This document shows positions 62,111-64,000 of a DNA stretch of 64,000 nt, piece after piece (positions within the stretch are counted from its first letter, which is position 1; every line of letters starts with the position of its first letter). Under the pieces are notes generated by a model. That model did not search any database. It was not told the DNA's origin and saw nothing but the letters and a program-made list of their open reading frames with translations. This stretch comes from Mobula birostris. Its lineage: Eukaryota. The stretch spans positions 178,460,057 through 178,524,056 of the forward strand of contig NC_092374.1 of NCBI RefSeq assembly GCF_030028105.1. The letters run 5' to 3'. The position numbers were made by a program, and so were the translations under genes.

Positions 62111-64000
62111 AACTGAAGTGACTGAACATTTTCAATCAGCCTCACACATGGCTCCTATAAAAACAATGTGGGTCTGCATACAGTGTGAAGCCCATTCACT
62201 TTACAAGCATAATGATGCACGCACCTGTCATGCTTCTGTTGGTTGGTTGAATTGCTATCTGGAGGTTGGCCATGGACAGCTTGTGCCGATTGATTAGTCT
62301 CTGGGTCTCCTTCGTCCAGTAGTCACCATCCAGTTCTCTCTCCATCCACGGCTGTCTTGAAATGTCCTCCATAATACTGTTGTCAAAGTAGGTTATCTGG
62401 ACATCATCCAAAAGTCCAACGTGTACAAACTCAGGAAAATCCACATTTCCGGTCATCGAGGTGTAAAAATATTGCCGTTTGTGTGTCTCTGCCAAATACA
62501 AAACAACCACAACTTCATAATGAGGTCACATATCATGGCGATTCTCCTTCCTCATCTCCTGCCCCGCTAGTCATCAGTGATGTGCAAAGTTCAAAAAATG
62601 AACATATTCAACTTAGTGTTTGAAGGAAATCACTAAAACAGACAGACAGATGGAAGGGAAACACGTACAGTTCTGATTATTGCATTACAGGATACATGTG
62701 ACCACACTGGAGGGGTGTAAAGAAGAATGGCGGATTCTGTTTATGAGGAAAGACTGGAGAGGCTGTGTTTGTTTTTCTCGAGGCAGAGTAGGTTGAGGAG
62801 GGATCCAAAAGAGGTGTGTCAAATTATGAGAGACATAGAGTAGATAATGAGAACCTTTTCCCCATAACAAAGACATCCGAAGTAGACAGCATAAGTTTAA
62901 GGAGAGAGGAAGTTGAGAGGGGATCGAGGGAAATGTTTTCACCCAGAAGGTGAGGTTCAGGAACTTATTACCCTTCAACCATCAGACTACCTCAACACTG
63001 AACCAATTCCACAACCTATGGACTAACTGTCAAAGGCTACATCTAGTTTTCTCAGTATTATTTAATTATTATTATTTGTCTTTTTTCTTTTGTATTTGTA
63101 CATTTTGTCTCTTCTACACATTGGTTGTTTGTCTGTAATTGTATATGTGTAGTTTTCCGTTAATTATTGTGTTTCTTTTACTGTGAATGCCTGCAAGGAA
63201 GTGAATCTCAGGGTAGTATATGGTGACATAGTCATGCTTTGATAATAAATTTACTTTGAATTTTGAACTTTGATTGCAATTTGTAAAACACACTTTGAGG
63301 AGCGGATAGGTAATCTCAGAGACATAAAGGTGTCTGAATTCAGTAGACAAAATGCTAGTTCTCATGGGTGGGTTAGAGTGGAGAGTCATCAGCTTCAAAT
63401 TCCTGGCTGCCAACATCTCGGTGACGTTTCATGGGCATGGCACATAAATTAAATCATTAAAAAGGTCCATCAACATCTCTGCTTTCTGAGAAATTTAAGA
63501 TTTGCCATAGCACCAAAAATGAGAACAGACTTCTACAGGAGTACTATAAAGTATCCTAAATGGAGGCCTTATGATTAGTATGGCAATTCCAATGCAAAAG
63601 AACACAAGATGTGGCAGGGAGTAGTGGACATAGCTTGGTCTAAAATGGACACAGCCCTCCCGTCCACTGACAGCATCTACAGGAGGTTCTGCCCCAAGAA
63701 GATGGCATCTATCAGCAGCATCTTTTCAATCTTGGTCATGCCCTCCTCTGGGTTTTGCCACTGGGCAGGAGGTACAGAAGCCTGAGGTCCTACATCATCA
63801 GCTTCAGGATCAGATACTTTCCTACAACCAAGAGGTCCTTGAACTGACCTGCACGACACCAATCTACCTCAGCAATGGAGCAGTGCAGACCACCTCTAGA
63901 ACTATCCTGGTTTTATTGTTGATTGTGTTTTTTTTTGGAATAATGTCTCCTTTTTGCACATTTTTTCATTTCTATTCACCATCATATAGCTTACATATAA

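Larger units (their letters stand above)
59911..62488 (-). pseudogene. MHC class I alpha1+alpha2 exons ('gene C') with an in-frame nonsense codon at W147; probable pseudogene or null allele
   Basis: Alpha1 exon 62488-62225 (264 nt; ETHKRQYFYT...FPEFVHVG...DYWTKETQ...TNRSMT). Alpha2 exon 60186-59911 (276 nt; GLNYLQYTSSC...FNGQDLISFD...TTKDK*NSD...HYTENICVEWLKKYLEYG...RK). Canonical phase-1 splice sites; TAG at 60022-60020. Confidence 0.88.

Noticed and set aside
16934-62488. Reading all minus-strand MHC exons as one gene with tandem alpha1-alpha2 platforms
   Set aside because: Gene B has its own leader exon and CpG-rich promoter at ~36 kb, and gene C alpha2 has an in-frame stop. Kept only as a speculative finding.
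1-64000. rRNA, tRNA genes, CRISPR arrays, and TAP/PSMB or other MHC framework genes
   Set aside because: None recognisable; the only tRNA-like motif belongs to a SINE, and the remaining ORF-track entries are TE fragments or their antisense frames.

Overview
Eukaryotic, repeat-dense genomic DNA. Its repeat families and gene sequences point to a cartilaginous fish, probably a ray (inference). Most of the window is decayed CR1, Rex1/Babar-like, Penelope, Tx1, LTR and DNA-transposon sequence, and most ORFs in the supplied track are fragments or antisense shadows of these. Among the repeats is a cluster of three MHC class I-family genes. (1) A complete minus-strand gene (leader 36051-35976, alpha1 28479-28231, alpha2 26222-25962, alpha3 19583-19308, tail 17010-16934) splices into an uninterrupted 312-aa highly divergent nonclassical class I protein. 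It keeps only Y7 and Y59 of the nine peptide-anchor residues, has an extra Cys pair in alpha2, uses a GC-AG intron, and ends in a 15-residue hydrophobic C-terminus with no cytoplasmic tail, i.e. a GPI-anchor-like signal. (2) The 3' end of a plus-strand paralog lies at the left edge, tail-to-tail, with the same stop codon at the same position, the same 3'-UTR mini-intron and a matching candidate 'secretory' mini-exon. (3) A more classical-looking alpha1+alpha2 pair (62488-59911, minus) has one nonsense change at W147 and no recognisable alpha3. The best candidate for a new system is a duplicated, tail-less (probably GPI-anchored, possibly also secreted) nonclassical class I lineage. Residue numbers follow HLA-A2 alignments made by eye; TE boundaries are approximate unless TSDs or TIRs are quoted; no database searches were run.
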